Assembly: GCA_965215885.1 (NCBI GenBank) | Contig: CBDCEW010000103.1 | Span: 146,638 to 210,637, forward strand | DNA from: Candidatus Moanibacter sp. | GTDB lineage: Bacteria > Verrucomicrobiota > Verrucomicrobiia > Opitutales > UBA2987 | DNA length: 64,000 bases | Direction: 5' to 3' | Position numbers and translations under genes: made by a program | Shown here: positions 10,167-20,442 of the stretch, piece by piece | How the letters are laid out: each line of letters opens with the position of its first letter | Numbering within the stretch: the first letter of the stretch is position 1 | The notes under the pieces: generated by a model | What the model was told of the DNA's origin: nothing | Databases searched by the model: none | Seen by the model: the letters and a program-made list of their open reading frames with translations, nothing else

Positions 10167-11152
10167 AGCACCGAGTGTTTCACCCTGCCGTAGGGCAGAG
10201 GACGAACCAATCCGTGTACTCATTTTGGGGCAATCCCGCGATCTGCCGTACTCCTGAGTCCGACAGATTCCTCCTAACGCACCGAAAAACGATACTCCGT
10301 AATTTGCCGATAAGTCTCGCCGGGCCGGAGGATGACACTTGGGAATTCGGGTTTGTTGACCGAATCGGGAAAGTGCTGCGCTTCCAGACAGAGGGCGTGA
10401 AACTGATCGTAGACGGCTCCACCCTTTCCCAACGTCTTGTCGAGGAAGCCGCTCGTGTAGAACTGTAGGCCAGGCTCTGTCGTGAACATCCGCATAACCC
10501 TTCCGCTCTTGGGATCGTAGACCTCCGCCGAGAGATAGGGTTGATCGACGCCACCGTCATTGAGGACGAAATTGTGGTCATAGCCGATCGGAAGCTCGCT
10601 GAAATCCTCGCCGATCCGCTTCGGTTCGGTGAAGTCCAGCGGGGTTCCTTCGACCGGCAAGATGGCTCCCGTCGGGACGCCGTCGGCATCCGGCTCCGTA
10701 AACCGGTCGCCATTGAGCGTGAGCACATGATCGTAAACAGGACCCTCTCCCGCTCCGGAAAGGTTGAAATAGGTGTGATTCGTCAGATTTACTGGCGTCG
10801 CCTGATTAGTCGTCGCCTCATATTCGATGCGAAAGCCGTCCTTTTCCGTGAGGACATAGACGACCGTGATGGACAGGTCGCCCGGATAGCCCTCCTCACC
10901 CTCCGGACTGAAATAGGTGAATTTCACGGCGGGACCAGAATCGTGTTCCACAGGCTCACTCTTCCAGACTCTTTTATGGAGCCCCACCTCACCCCCGTGA
11001 AGGTGGTGTTTACCGAAATTTCGGGCGAGTTGATATTCCACTCCATTCAATTCGAAACGACCGTTAGAAATGCGGTTGGCAACACGACCGGTGGTACATC
11101 CCAAATAGGGGCTATTCTCTTCGTATTCCGCGGAAGTTTCGAAGCCTAGCAC

Positions 11153-13069
11153 GACCTTATCCGAAAAGCTACTGATTGGCCGCAAAGAGGCGCAAAAGGC
11201 GCAAGAAGAACTTGAGAAAAATCATTTTTTGGCTTGATAAAAAGTGTCGCAACATGCTAGTGTTTAACAACCTAAGATTAAGAAAGGAGTTAAACATGCC
11301 AACATGTGCGACAGAGGAGAACAAAAGCGATAAGACGCCCCTTAGCAACCTCATTCTGCCGGTTCCAGACACGGATTTCCGTGATTTTCTGGATGAAGTT
11401 GAAGAATTGGCCGGGTTCGCGGCGCAAATCATCGAGGCGATCGAGAAGGATCTGGACGCCCATGCGCGTGAGAAGAAGAAACTTCGATTGGAAGATCGAA
11501 GGTTCTTTGAAGGGCGCACAGCGGAGCTGCCGGAGCTGGACATCGAGGAGGAGAATATTCTGGCTGCTGAATTGAATCTTGGGGCAGGCCGGCCGCGGAT
11601 GCCGGCTTATGCGGTATACGTGTTCGTGATGCTTCGAGGGTTTCTGGGTTCGTTGACCACGAAACCGGCACGGCGGTTTGTGCGCGAGTCGATGAGCTTG
11701 TACGGATTTTTGCAGAGCGGGGGACTGAGAATGCCGGCGGTGACGACGATTCTGGAGAACGTGAACCTGGTCAGCCATACGACCCGCGAGTTGATCTTTG
11801 ATAAACAGATTGGGTTTATCCTCCAGGAGCAATGGGACGATTTCGGGAAGCTGACGATCGACAGCACCTCGGTGAAAGCAAACAGCTGCTGGCCCACCGA
11901 TGGGAAGATTCTGAGCGGTCTTTTGATGCGGGCCAATCGTTTGGGTCAGAAGTTGCATGTCTTCGGGCTGGAGGATTTTCGCAAGGGATGGGTTGGGCGT
12001 TGGCTGGAGGAAATGGACAAGCTGGAGTTTCAGATTTGTCTGGCCGCGGGCAAACCGAAGTCGAAGGGCAAGCTGAAGAAACACTACCGGCGGTTGCTCA
12101 AGCGGGGCCGCAAGGCGGCCGACTCACTAACGGGGGAACTGAGCCATCTTGAAGAGGGCCTGTCGATGGATTCACTGCCTCCCACTCGCCGGGAGCTTCT
12201 GGAGCGGGCATTGAGCCAGATCAGGGGCGATATTGCCGACGCCAAGCGGGTTGTTGAGTATGCTCATGATCGGGTGTTTCACGAAAAGAAGCTACCGTCC
12301 ACACAGAAGGTCCTGAGCCTCTCGGACGGATCGGCGGCCTACATCAAGAAGGGCAGCCGCAATCCAGTGATCGGGTACAAGCCACAACTGGTTCGCAGCG
12401 AAAACGGTTTTGTCACCAGCCTGATCGTACCGCAAGGCAACGCGGCAGACTCCATTGAGCTGGCGCCGGCCATCGGCGATTCGATCAAGCGCACCGGTGT
12501 CATTGCTGAACTGGTCAGCACCGATGACGGATATGCTTCGGCGAAGGGACGCAAGGAGGTGCTGAGCATGGGGGTAAAGCAGATCAGTATCAGTGGGGCG
12601 AAGGGCAAGAAGTTGACCACCCCCGAGGACTGGGAGAGCGAGGCGTATCGCGAGGCACGCCGCGATCGCTCCGCAGTGGAGTCGCTGATGTTCACGATTA
12701 AAGATGGATTTGCCTTTGGCGAACTCGGCCGCCGCGGCATCGATGCGGTAGGCGATGAACTGCTCGAGAAGGTTCTGGCCTACAACTTCTGCCGCATCAT
12801 ACTGATGAAGAAACGCCGAGGGGAGGAACTGGAACAGGCAGCCTGAATCTGACCGCTTTGAAGCTCAGAGAAAAAAGCACCACGGGATGAGTATGCCTCC
12901 AGACAGCGGCAAATATACGTATTGTGCAGCAAGCCACGCCGATGGCCGCTCAATACCTGCTCATCGGCAGCGCCGGCAGCCTAAAACCCGAAACCTGCCA
13001 GCCATAGGCTGGTCCGCCCGTGGCGGAGAACCTTAAACCGCCCGCTCGAAAGGCTTTTCGAATGGGGTC
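11153..13069 (+). mobile_element. IS5/ISNCY-like insertion sequence (1917 bp) with 6-bp TSD TAGCAC
   Basis: 17-bp imperfect TIRs GACCTTATCCGAAAAGC / GCTTTTCGAATGGGGTC; TAGCAC at 11147-11152 and 13070-13075. Confidence 0.9.
11296..12846 (+). CDS. DDE transposase (IS5/ISNCY-like)
   Basis: IDSTSVKANSCWPTD, STDDGY and RSAVES..K motifs; SD AAGGAG before ATG 11296. Confidence 0.85.
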   Translation: MPTCATEENKSDKTPLSNLILPVPDTDFRDFLDEVEELAGFAAQIIEAIEKDLDAHAREKKKLRLEDRRFFEGRTAELPELDIEEENILAAELNLGAGRPRMPAYAVYVFVMLRGFLGSLTTKPARRFVRESMSLYGFLQSGGLRMPAVTTILENVNLVSHTTRELIFDKQIGFILQEQWDDFGKLTIDSTSVKANSCWPTDGKILSGLLMRANRLGQKLHVFGLEDFRKGWVGRWLEEMDKLEFQICLAAGKPKSKGKLKKHYRRLLKRGRKAADSLTGELSHLEEGLSMDSLPPTRRELLERALSQIRGDIADAKRVVEYAHDRVFHEKKLPSTQKVLSLSDGSAAYIKKGSRNPVIGYKPQLVRSENGFVTSLIVPQGNAADSIELAPAIGDSIKRTGVIAELVSTDDGYASAKGRKEVLSMGVKQISISGAKGKKLTTPEDWESEAYREARRDRSAVESLMFTIKDGFAFGELGRRGIDAVGDELLEKVLAYNFCRIILMKKRRGEELEQAA

Positions 13070-13374
13070 TAGCACGACATCGGCGAGATTCCCCTCTCGG
13101 TCGCGAACATGCAACTCCGTTGCGGTGGCTCCCAGTTCTATCACCTTCAGGATGCTCCCATTGCTGTTCACAAGGGTATACCGTTTGACTTTGCTACCGT
13201 CCTTTGTCGTTCCAAACAGTTCTTCGGTAATTCCATTCATGTCTATTTCTCCAACAGTGAAGGTCTGCGAAAGAGCTACCTGGCCGGATCCCATGGCCAC
13301 TAGAATAAATGGCAGTGTCAAAAGGAACAAGGGAATTTGCCAGGCAGTGCTGTCTCTGTTCATTCTGGTTATCA

Positions 13375-13593
13375 ATGAGTCGGAGAATTCGCAGGGTACC
13401 ATACCAGCTTGATGCGAAGAACATCAAGAATTTACCTCAAACAGACCTAGTTGCGATTCTGCGTGGCGCTGATGAACTCATTATGAAAGGCGGGCGTTCA
13501 CTGCTTAGAACCTGGGCAGAAGTCGACTACAGGAAAGTTCGCAAACGCATCGCGAAGGTAATTGTACGGCTTACCGCACGATCCCCTCAATAA
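13375..13593 (+). pseudogene. RQC-domain protein remnant with a large internal in-frame deletion
   Basis: N-terminus MSRRIRRVPYQLDAKNIK..AILRGADELIMKGGRSLL fused directly to C-terminal W..VDYRKVRKRI; family recognised from memory. Confidence 0.55.
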
Positions 13594-13899
13594 TCTCACG
13601 TCCGCTCCGCGTCTTCCGTTTTCGACAGTGAACGCAGCCAGGGTCGAGACGTTGGCGTTCTCGTTCCTGACACTATCGATAACCCGGACAGAGGTTTTCC
13701 ACTCTTCCCTACCGACTTCATGGAGGAAGTAGCCGCGTTCGCAAGAACGTGGGGGTTTTTCGGTGGAATCATCTCTATTCCCTGTTCAGTGTACGAAAGA
13801 TTAGCTATTGCCTGCGACAGCCTATTTTTCGCACATCATACAGGGAGCTTGCAAATACGGGCGCTATCAATTGGTTGGTTCCCGGGTTCCAATATTCCC

Positions 13900-14523
13900 A
13901 TGATCGCAATAATAGACTATCGAGCGGGTAACTTACGGAGCGTCGAGCGCGCCTGCCGCGAGGTCGGGGCGCAGGCTGAGCTGGTGGCGGATCCGGAAAA
14001 AATCGCCAGAGCCGGGCGGGTCATATTCCCCGGTGTGGGGACGGCCGAGAGCGGCATGAAGACACTGCGCGAGACCGGTTTGGGCGAGGCGCTAAAGACA
14101 GCCTTCGAGCGTGGCGCCCCCATCCTTGGTATCTGCCTGGGCGCGCAAATCATCCTCGATCGTTCCGAGGAGGGAGAGCAGGATTGCCTTGGGCTTATCC
14201 CCGGCGAATGCAATCGCTTCCGCCCGGAGGATCCGGCCCTCAAGATCCCCCACATTGGCTGGAACCAGGTGCTCCTCACCCAAGCCCATCCGCTCTTAGA
14301 CGGATTTCCGGGAGGGGCCGAGTTCTATTTCGTCAATTCTTTCTACGCTGTTCCCGCCGACACTGATTACGTCTACGGTGAGTCTGAATATGGCCACTCC
14401 TTTTGCGCCATGTTGGGCCGTGAGAACCTCTTTGCCACTCAGTTTCATTTGGAGAAAAGCGGCCGTTTCGGTCTGGAACTGCTGGAACGTTTCACGCGCT
14501 GGGACGGAAGGAATTCACTCTGA
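13900..14523 (+). CDS. hisH: Imidazole glycerol phosphate synthase glutaminase subunit
   Basis: IIDYRAGNLRSV, FPGVG, GICLG, PHIGWN and QFHLEKSG motifs; likely start at 13900. Confidence 0.95.
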   Translation: MIAIIDYRAGNLRSVERACREVGAQAELVADPEKIARAGRVIFPGVGTAESGMKTLRETGLGEALKTAFERGAPILGICLGAQIILDRSEEGEQDCLGLIPGECNRFRPEDPALKIPHIGWNQVLLTQAHPLLDGFPGGAEFYFVNSFYAVPADTDYVYGESEYGHSFCAMLGRENLFATQFHLEKSGRFGLELLERFTRWDGRNSL

Positions 14524-14751
14524 ATAGTACGTGTTTGGCGTGATTTCTGATGGTCTTAAAGTTCCTGCATGTTTATTCGATCTTCGGGGTCATGAACTTA
14601 GGAAGATTTCGGCGAAAAAGTCGCCTTCACGAAAATTTAGGCCACTTTCTTGCGAAAGCGGCTACTGATATCAACGACCTATGGAACATTGTAGCCGCGT
14701 TCGCAAGAACGCGGTCGAATTTCAGCAGAATCTAAAAAGCAGCAAATCCCT

Positions 14752-15531
14752 ATGCTCACCAAACGCCTTATCGTCTGCCTCGACGTGCGCGACGGACAAT
14801 TGGCCAAAAGCGTCAAGTTCATCGACACCAAAGACATCGGCGATCCCGTGGTGAAGGCTCGTGAGTATTACAAGGGCGGCGTCGACGAATTGGTGTTTTA
14901 CGACATCACGGCGTCCAGCGACCATCGCGACATCATGATCGAAGTGGTCGAAGAGGTGGCCGCGCAGGTCTTCATTCCCTTTTCCGTGGGCGGGGGCATT
15001 CGTAGTGAAGAAGACGCTACCAAGCTGCGCCTGGCAGGCGCTGAAAAGATCAACGTCAATTCCGCTGCCGTGCAGCGGCCCAGTCTCATCACCGAGATCG
15101 CACGCGCCATCGGGCGGCAAAACACCGTTCTCTCCATGGATATCAAACAGGTCGAACCGACCGAGGCACTCCCTTCCGGTTACGAGATCGTTATCCACGG
15201 CGGTCGTAAACCGATGGGGGTGGATGCTATCGCATGGGCACAGCGCGGCCAGGAACTGGGTGCCGGCGAGCTCGTTGTCAATTCAATCGACGCGGACGGC
15301 ACGCAAGATGGATACGAGCTCACTCTTACCCAAACCATTGCCGAGGCGGTTTCCATTCCCGTCATCGCCTCGGGTGGGGCGGGCAAGCCGGAGCACCTCT
15401 ACGACGTCTTGACCAAAGGCAAGGCCGACGCCGCTCTGGTGGCCTCGATGACTCACTACGGCCATTATACCTGCCGCGAGATTAAGGAGAACCTGGCCGC
15501 CCGCGGCCTGCCCATGCGGTTAAATTACTAG
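14752..15531 (+). CDS. hisF: Imidazole glycerol phosphate synthase cyclase subunit
   Basis: [34 protein letters not shown] and IASGGAG motifs. Confidence 0.96.
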   Translation: MLTKRLIVCLDVRDGQLAKSVKFIDTKDIGDPVVKAREYYKGGVDELVFYDITASSDHRDIMIEVVEEVAAQVFIPFSVGGGIRSEEDATKLRLAGAEKINVNSAAVQRPSLITEIARAIGRQNTVLSMDIKQVEPTEALPSGYEIVIHGGRKPMGVDAIAWAQRGQELGAGELVVNSIDADGTQDGYELTLTQTIAEAVSIPVIASGGAGKPEHLYDVLTKGKADAALVASMTHYGHYTCREIKENLAARGLPMRLNY

Positions 15532-15688
15532 GTTCCTTGATTCCGATGAAAAATCACCACGTTCTTGAGAACGCGGCTACGGTGCTCCGTAAGTCGTTAA
15601 ATTTTGTAGCCGCGTTCGCAAGAACGTAGTCGCGAATCTCGAAAGGGCGTGTATTTCAGCAGAATCGGATCCCATGGTTAACAGATGC

Positions 15689-16720
15689 CTAGAATATATC
15701 CGTCAAGACTACTTTTGCTTCCGATCCCGACTCAGTCGTCTTCAAGAAGGCGATAAGATCCAGCAATTCCTGGAGTGTGTAACGCTGGCCATAGGTCTCG
15801 GGCATGGCGGACCGGTCGGTTGGCCGCATGATCCGAATCTGTTCCCTTCTTATCGACCTCAGTACCGGTGGAAAGCTGGAGACATCGTAGACTTTAACCC
15901 GAGAAGCACTCTCTTTAACTCTCAAGACTTCGAGACGTTCACCATCGTGGGTAGTCAGCTCGACGAGTTTCCCCTCCTCAGGCACGACAGCGTTTGGAAG
16001 AATAATATCTTTGAGAATCTCCCTGGGAGATCTCTTCGAAATCCGACTCAGATCTGGCCCTACGCCTGAACCCTTACCATTGATCCGGTGACAAGCCGCG
16101 CAATTCAATTTGTCGCTGATATTAAAGAATAGCTCCCTCCCTTTAGTTGGATTGCCCACCAGCCCTGACGAACGACCCTCGCCGCTCCAGGGTTTCTGAT
16201 CGGAAGCCGAATTTCCGGCTGAATCCAGTTCCAGCTCAGGTTGAGGAGGCATCGCAAGCTCTTTTACAGGCGAAGATCTACTTTGACCCGGCTCCGGTTC
16301 AGACAGGGTTCCGATATAAGCAACCACTGACCAGATTTCTTCCTCGCTGAGTTTCCCCCGCCATCCGGGCATGGAGGAATTCGGGACTCCCTCTTGGACA
16401 ACGCGAAATAGATATTCTCTATCCCAGTCTCTCCCACGTAATCGGGTACCCCTTCCGGCTCGGCCCTCCTTACCGTGGCAATAACCTACCGAGCAACGTT
16501 TCGCAAAAATCGCTTGGCCCGCGCTCACAACTCTGGGGTCCGAGAAATCAACGGGAAGCTCGTCCGCGCCAACCTGGGCAGAAAACAAACCCACACCAAG
16601 AAGCCTCAATAATAGAAGCTGAGAGGACAAGCGACGAGATCCCGTTGAAAATCGTGAGCTTACTTGCCTCGGCAAAGCGTAGTGACGACGGGTCAAACGG
16701 CATGTTGGTTGAGAGATCAA
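15689..16720 (-). CDS. Periplasmic dihaem cytochrome c (N-terminal CX4CH domain plus putative haem-binding domain)
   Basis: CSVGYCH with downstream MP; CAACH..GPDLS..MP; signal peptide; true start uncertain. Confidence 0.8.
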   Translation of the reverse strand: MISQPTCRLTRRHYALPRQVSSRFSTGSRRLSSQLLLLRLLGVGLFSAQVGADELPVDFSDPRVVSAGQAIFAKRCSVGYCHGKEGRAGRGTRLRGRDWDREYLFRVVQEGVPNSSMPGWRGKLSEEEIWSVVAYIGTLSEPEPGQSRSSPVKELAMPPQPELELDSAGNSASDQKPWSGEGRSSGLVGNPTKGRELFFNISDKLNCAACHRINGKGSGVGPDLSRISKRSPREILKDIILPNAVVPEEGKLVELTTHDGERLEVLRVKESASRVKVYDVSSFPPVLRSIRREQIRIMRPTDRSAMPETYGQRYTLQELLDLIAFLKTTESGSEAKVVLTDIF

Positions 16721-16927
16721 TATCGTGTTTCCCCGGCCCGTTCCTGGCGGGATTAATCAGGGGTGAAACTTCCGGCGGTTTTAGAACGAAATGCTTCCGC
16801 ATTCCGCTACACTGGCAATTCAATTCTGTAGCGGAAAGCGGGAGCTTTTCGACGATCGTGCGGCAAATTTCAGCTTATCTATCCACCCGCCAGGCCGCTC
16901 CAGCATTGAAGCCCCTGATCAGCGTCC

Positions 16928-18676
16928 TCAATTTCCAGTGGATGGCAACGCAAACACAAAGAGGGCACTCCCACCAGGGAAGTCTTCCGTTTCCGGCCAA
17001 ATCTGTGGCATCAGACCTGCCACGGCCGAGCCCCAACCGGCGGGAACAGCGATGTACTGCCTTCCTTTGACAGCATAAGTCATGGGCGAACCTCGATGCC
17101 CTGAGCCGGTGTTGAAGCTCCAAAGTTTTTTGCCCGAAATTGCATTAAAGGCCATAAATTCCCCCTCAGGATCACCGGTGAATACGAGGTCGCCCCCAGT
17201 TGCCACGGCAGAGGCCAGTAAGGGATATTTCGATTTATAGCTCCAGCGCTTTTCGCCCGTCACAGGGTCGTAGGCATCGAAGTGGCTCCCGGTATCTCCA
17301 CTGGGCGTTTCCCTTAGCTCAAAAAGGCCACCAAAATAGGTCTCGCCCGGTCTCGGTTCCTCCTCCTGAACGATCAACTCCTGACACCACTCAATCCCTG
17401 TCGTATAAAAGAGTCCTGTCCTTGGGCTGTAGGCCGCATGATTCCAGCTGCGGCCCCCTCCGATTGAAGGACAAATCAGAGTCGGCTCGCCTACCGGTGG
17501 CTCAAGCCGATCCTGGAGTTCACCGTTTTCGTTAATCCCGCTGATCCAGTTGATATTTTCGGCGAGTGGCCAGGTTCCAAGGAATTCTCCGTTAGTGCGA
17601 TCAAGGACCCAAGTATAACCACCCTTGTTCGGGTTTATGAGCAGTTTGCGTTCTTCGCCGTTCACCGGCAAATCAAGAAGAACGCATTCATAGGCGGCAT
17701 CCCAGTCCCAGACGTCATGGGGAATCTCCTGATAATACCACTTCAGGTCGCCGGTATCGGGATCGAGTGCCACGATACAATCCGTATAGAGATTGTCTCC
17801 GCGCCGACTTTCTCCGTAGAAATCGGCCGCCGGATTGCCCACGCCCCAGTAGATAAGATCGAGTTCGGAATCGTAAGAACCCGTCATCCAGGTGGACCCA
17901 CCTCCATACTTCCAGCTATCTCCAGACCAGGTTTCGTGACCCTTTTCTCCGGGCCCCGGAATAGCCCAGAATCGCCATGCGTGTTTTCCCGTCTTGGCTT
18001 CGAAGGCATTCAGATATCCCCGGTGCGCGGAGTCGCCGCCCGTAACTCCGATGATGACCTTGTCTTTCACGATCAGAGGAGCCCCAGTAATGTTGCAGCC
18101 ACACTGTTCATAACTCTCGATTTCCACCTTCCAGACTTCCTCTCCCGTCTCGGCATCGAGAGCCACCAGATGATTGTCGATCGTTCCCATGAAGACCAAT
18201 CCATAGCCTACCCCTACTCCCCGGCTCCAGGGTCCGTAGATCAGCCCGAATTCCCTGGGCGTTTCATAGTAATAATGCCAAATCTCTTTACCTGTCACGG
18301 CATCGAGCGCAAATACCCTGTTCCAGGGAGAGGTAATGTACATGACCCCGTCTACAACCAACGGAGTACAGGAAAAGCCTCCTTCCATCTTACCGGTTTG
18401 AAAGACCCAGACAGGAACCAGATCCTCGACGTTTTCCCGATTAATTTGGTCCAAGGGGCTGTAGCGCCAGGCATTGTAAGTCCCGGCGTAGGTCATCCAG
18501 TTTTCCGGCTCCTTCTCGGCTTCAATAAGCCGTTTCGAATCAATTTCGGCCGCGATAAGACTCGTGCTCAGCCCAAGCAATAGATGGATCGTCCGAAGGG
18601 AGGCGCAGGCTATATCAGCTTTCATTTTCATTTGAACAGGGAGGTATCGATAGTCCCCTACAGCGAATCCTGTCAA
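16928..18676 (-). CDS. PQQ-dependent dehydrogenase, methanol/ethanol family
   Basis: W.TY.G..RYSPLDQIN, TPLVVDGVMY, GGGSTW, YWGVGNP, PHDVWDWD and G.QYIAV motifs. Confidence 0.92.
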   Translation of the reverse strand: MTGFAVGDYRYLPVQMKMKADIACASLRTIHLLLGLSTSLIAAEIDSKRLIEAEKEPENWMTYAGTYNAWRYSPLDQINRENVEDLVPVWVFQTGKMEGGFSCTPLVVDGVMYITSPWNRVFALDAVTGKEIWHYYYETPREFGLIYGPWSRGVGVGYGLVFMGTIDNHLVALDAETGEEVWKVEIESYEQCGCNITGAPLIVKDKVIIGVTGGDSAHRGYLNAFEAKTGKHAWRFWAIPGPGEKGHETWSGDSWKYGGGSTWMTGSYDSELDLIYWGVGNPAADFYGESRRGDNLYTDCIVALDPDTGDLKWYYQEIPHDVWDWDAAYECVLLDLPVNGEERKLLINPNKGGYTWVLDRTNGEFLGTWPLAENINWISGINENGELQDRLEPPVGEPTLICPSIGGGRSWNHAAYSPRTGLFYTTGIEWCQELIVQEEEPRPGETYFGGLFELRETPSGDTGSHFDAYDPVTGEKRWSYKSKYPLLASAVATGGDLVFTGDPEGEFMAFNAISGKKLWSFNTGSGHRGSPMTYAVKGRQYIAVPAGWGSAVAGLMPQIWPETEDFPGGSALFVFALPSTGN

Positions 18677-18778
18677 ATCATTATGAAGGCTCCGCCACAG
18701 GACCGAATACCAAATGAATTGACCACGGAACTCGTCTCGCTACTGTCATATAACAACGAATATGATTCAATAGGCGCT

Positions 18779-19111
18779 ATGGAAACGGAAACAGGAATAA
18801 TCCTTACGAACATTGAGTCAGTCCCCGGCAGGGCAATGATCGAACATTACGGGCTCGTCCAGGGAAGTACGATTCGTGCCAAACATGTCGGCCGCGATTT
18901 GATGGCTGGTCTTAAAAACATCGTTGGAGGCGAATTGAAGGGATACACCGAACTCCTTAAGGAATCACGCTATGAAGCGACCAATCGAATGGTGAAGCAA
19001 GCGCGCGAGTTGGGTGCAAACGCAGTCATTAATGTGCGCTACACGACTTCGTCTGTTGCCCAGGGCGCCTCCGAAATACTCGCCTACGGAACTGCCGTGA
19101 GAGTCCAATGA
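18779..19111 (+). CDS. YbjQ/UPF0145 family protein
   Basis: AGLKNIVGGELKGYTELL and GANAVINVRY motifs; start likely at 18779. Confidence 0.9.
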   Translation: METETGIILTNIESVPGRAMIEHYGLVQGSTIRAKHVGRDLMAGLKNIVGGELKGYTELLKESRYEATNRMVKQARELGANAVINVRYTTSSVAQGASEILAYGTAVRVQ

Positions 19112-19112
19112 G

Positions 19113-19580
19113 ATGGTGGAATTAGTCATCACTCTTGTGCTCCTGGCTCTCGGGTTCGGATCGGGACGTCTTCTCGAGAAGAAACACTATGAAAGCATCG
19201 TGCGGCGCGAGCACGAGCACCTCCACAGTCCCGCCGTGACGTTTAAGGCATTACCCAATAAGGATTCCATAAAGTCGGTAAGCCTGGCCGCGGGAAGTGT
19301 GGTCGTCTCAGTCGACTACTTTAAGCGATTCTTAGCGGCTTTCCGTATGTTCTTTGGTGGAGAGTTAGGATCTTACGCCTCCCTAATTGACCGTGGAAGA
19401 CGCGAGGCTCTGCTTCGTATGAAAGAGTCCTGCCCGGATGCGAGTATCTATCTCAACACCCGGCTCGAAACCTCCTCAATTTCGAAAGGGAACAAGAGTC
19501 AAAAGATCGGTAGTGTCGAGATACTCGCCTATTCCACGGCTGTGACATACGTCGATGCGGTTCGTCCCGAAACCTCTTAA
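19113..19580 (+). CDS. Membrane-anchored YbjQ-family protein
   Basis: N-terminal TM; GSVVVSVDYFKRF..FGGEL..DRGRREALLRM. Confidence 0.8.
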   Translation: MVELVITLVLLALGFGSGRLLEKKHYESIVRREHEHLHSPAVTFKALPNKDSIKSVSLAAGSVVVSVDYFKRFLAAFRMFFGGELGSYASLIDRGRREALLRMKESCPDASIYLNTRLETSSISKGNKSQKIGSVEILAYSTAVTYVDAVRPETS

Positions 19581-20340
19581 CAAAACAGCCGACGTTTCAC
19601 GGGGAAAGTCCGACAGGAAAACGGTCCTTAAGAACGTTCTTTCGGTCATCATTTTCTTTGCCGCTGCTTACATTATCCTCGGTCTTGTCGGGGTGGGGCT
19701 TTCGGAGTTTATCCCGGATGCGTGGGAACGACAACTCGCCTCGAGCAGCACAGCTCTTTCTAACAGAGAGGACGAGGATCGCTCCTCACTCCAGGAGGCT
19801 GAGGTCATCCTAACGGAACTAACTGAAGGGGTCCCGCTTCGCGATCTGAACTATCGGCTCTTCCTTTTCGATCTCGATACACCCAACGCCGTCGCGCTAC
19901 CGGGAGGAGGGGTCGGGCTGTCCCCTCCCCTCCTCGAAACGTTAGAAACAAAGGAAGGCCTCGCCTTTGTTATCGCACATGAATTAGGGCATCATCAGTA
20001 TCGCCACATTCTTCGCAGGTTGGGTCGAGTGCTCATGATCAGCGTTGTGGCCGCTTTAACGCTTTCAAACTACGATCTTTCCCCGCTAGAGGCCTCTATT
20101 GCAATTGCCGAGAATGGTTATTCCCGAAAACAGGAACGCGAAGCTGACGAGTTTGCCCTGGGCCTGGTGTTCAGTAAGTATGGGAACGCCGTTGATGCGC
20201 TGGAATTTTTTGCCGCTATGTTAGAGGAAAGCGACGAACCGCTCTGGCAGAAATATCTCGGCACCCATCCCATCACAGAAGATCGCATCCGCAGGATGCA
20301 GGAACTGTTAGATCGGCTTGAAAATGGGGAGAGGCGTTAG
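19555..20340 (+). CDS. M48-family zinc metallopeptidase
   Basis: NAVALPGG, HELGH, YSRKQEREAD and THP motifs. Confidence 0.9.
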   Translation: MRFVPKPLNKTADVSRGKSDRKTVLKNVLSVIIFFAAAYIILGLVGVGLSEFIPDAWERQLASSSTALSNREDEDRSSLQEAEVILTELTEGVPLRDLNYRLFLFDLDTPNAVALPGGGVGLSPPLLETLETKEGLAFVIAHELGHHQYRHILRRLGRVLMISVVAALTLSNYDLSPLEASIAIAENGYSRKQEREADEFALGLVFSKYGNAVDALEFFAAMLEESDEPLWQKYLGTHPITEDRIRRMQELLDRLENGERR

Positions 20341-20442
20341 GCTCTAGCTCGATTTCCTCACGAATTCCTTTGAAGCGTTTCAGTTGCATCGCAACTGCCG
20401 GCATTCCTTCACACTTGCCCACGGAGGGGAAGTGGATTGGGG

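Larger units (their letters stand above)
10274..13363 (-). pseudogene. galM: Aldose 1-epimerase interrupted by an IS (5' part 13070-13363 or 13240; 3' part 10274-11152)
   Basis: Removing the IS and one TAGCAC copy restores ...DREGNLADVVLGF...; GRVANRI, HLHGG, NLTNHTYFNL, YDHNF and CLEAQHFPDS motifs. Confidence 0.92.
13729..15629. repeat. GTAG-REP family 1 copies (13729-13752, 14642-14665, 14691-14714, 15557-15580, 15606-15629; variants 53257-53280, 53307-53330)
   Basis: GTAG-CCGCGTTC-GCAA-GAACGYGG hairpins, often as CTAC-25 nt-GTAG doublets. Confidence 0.85.
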
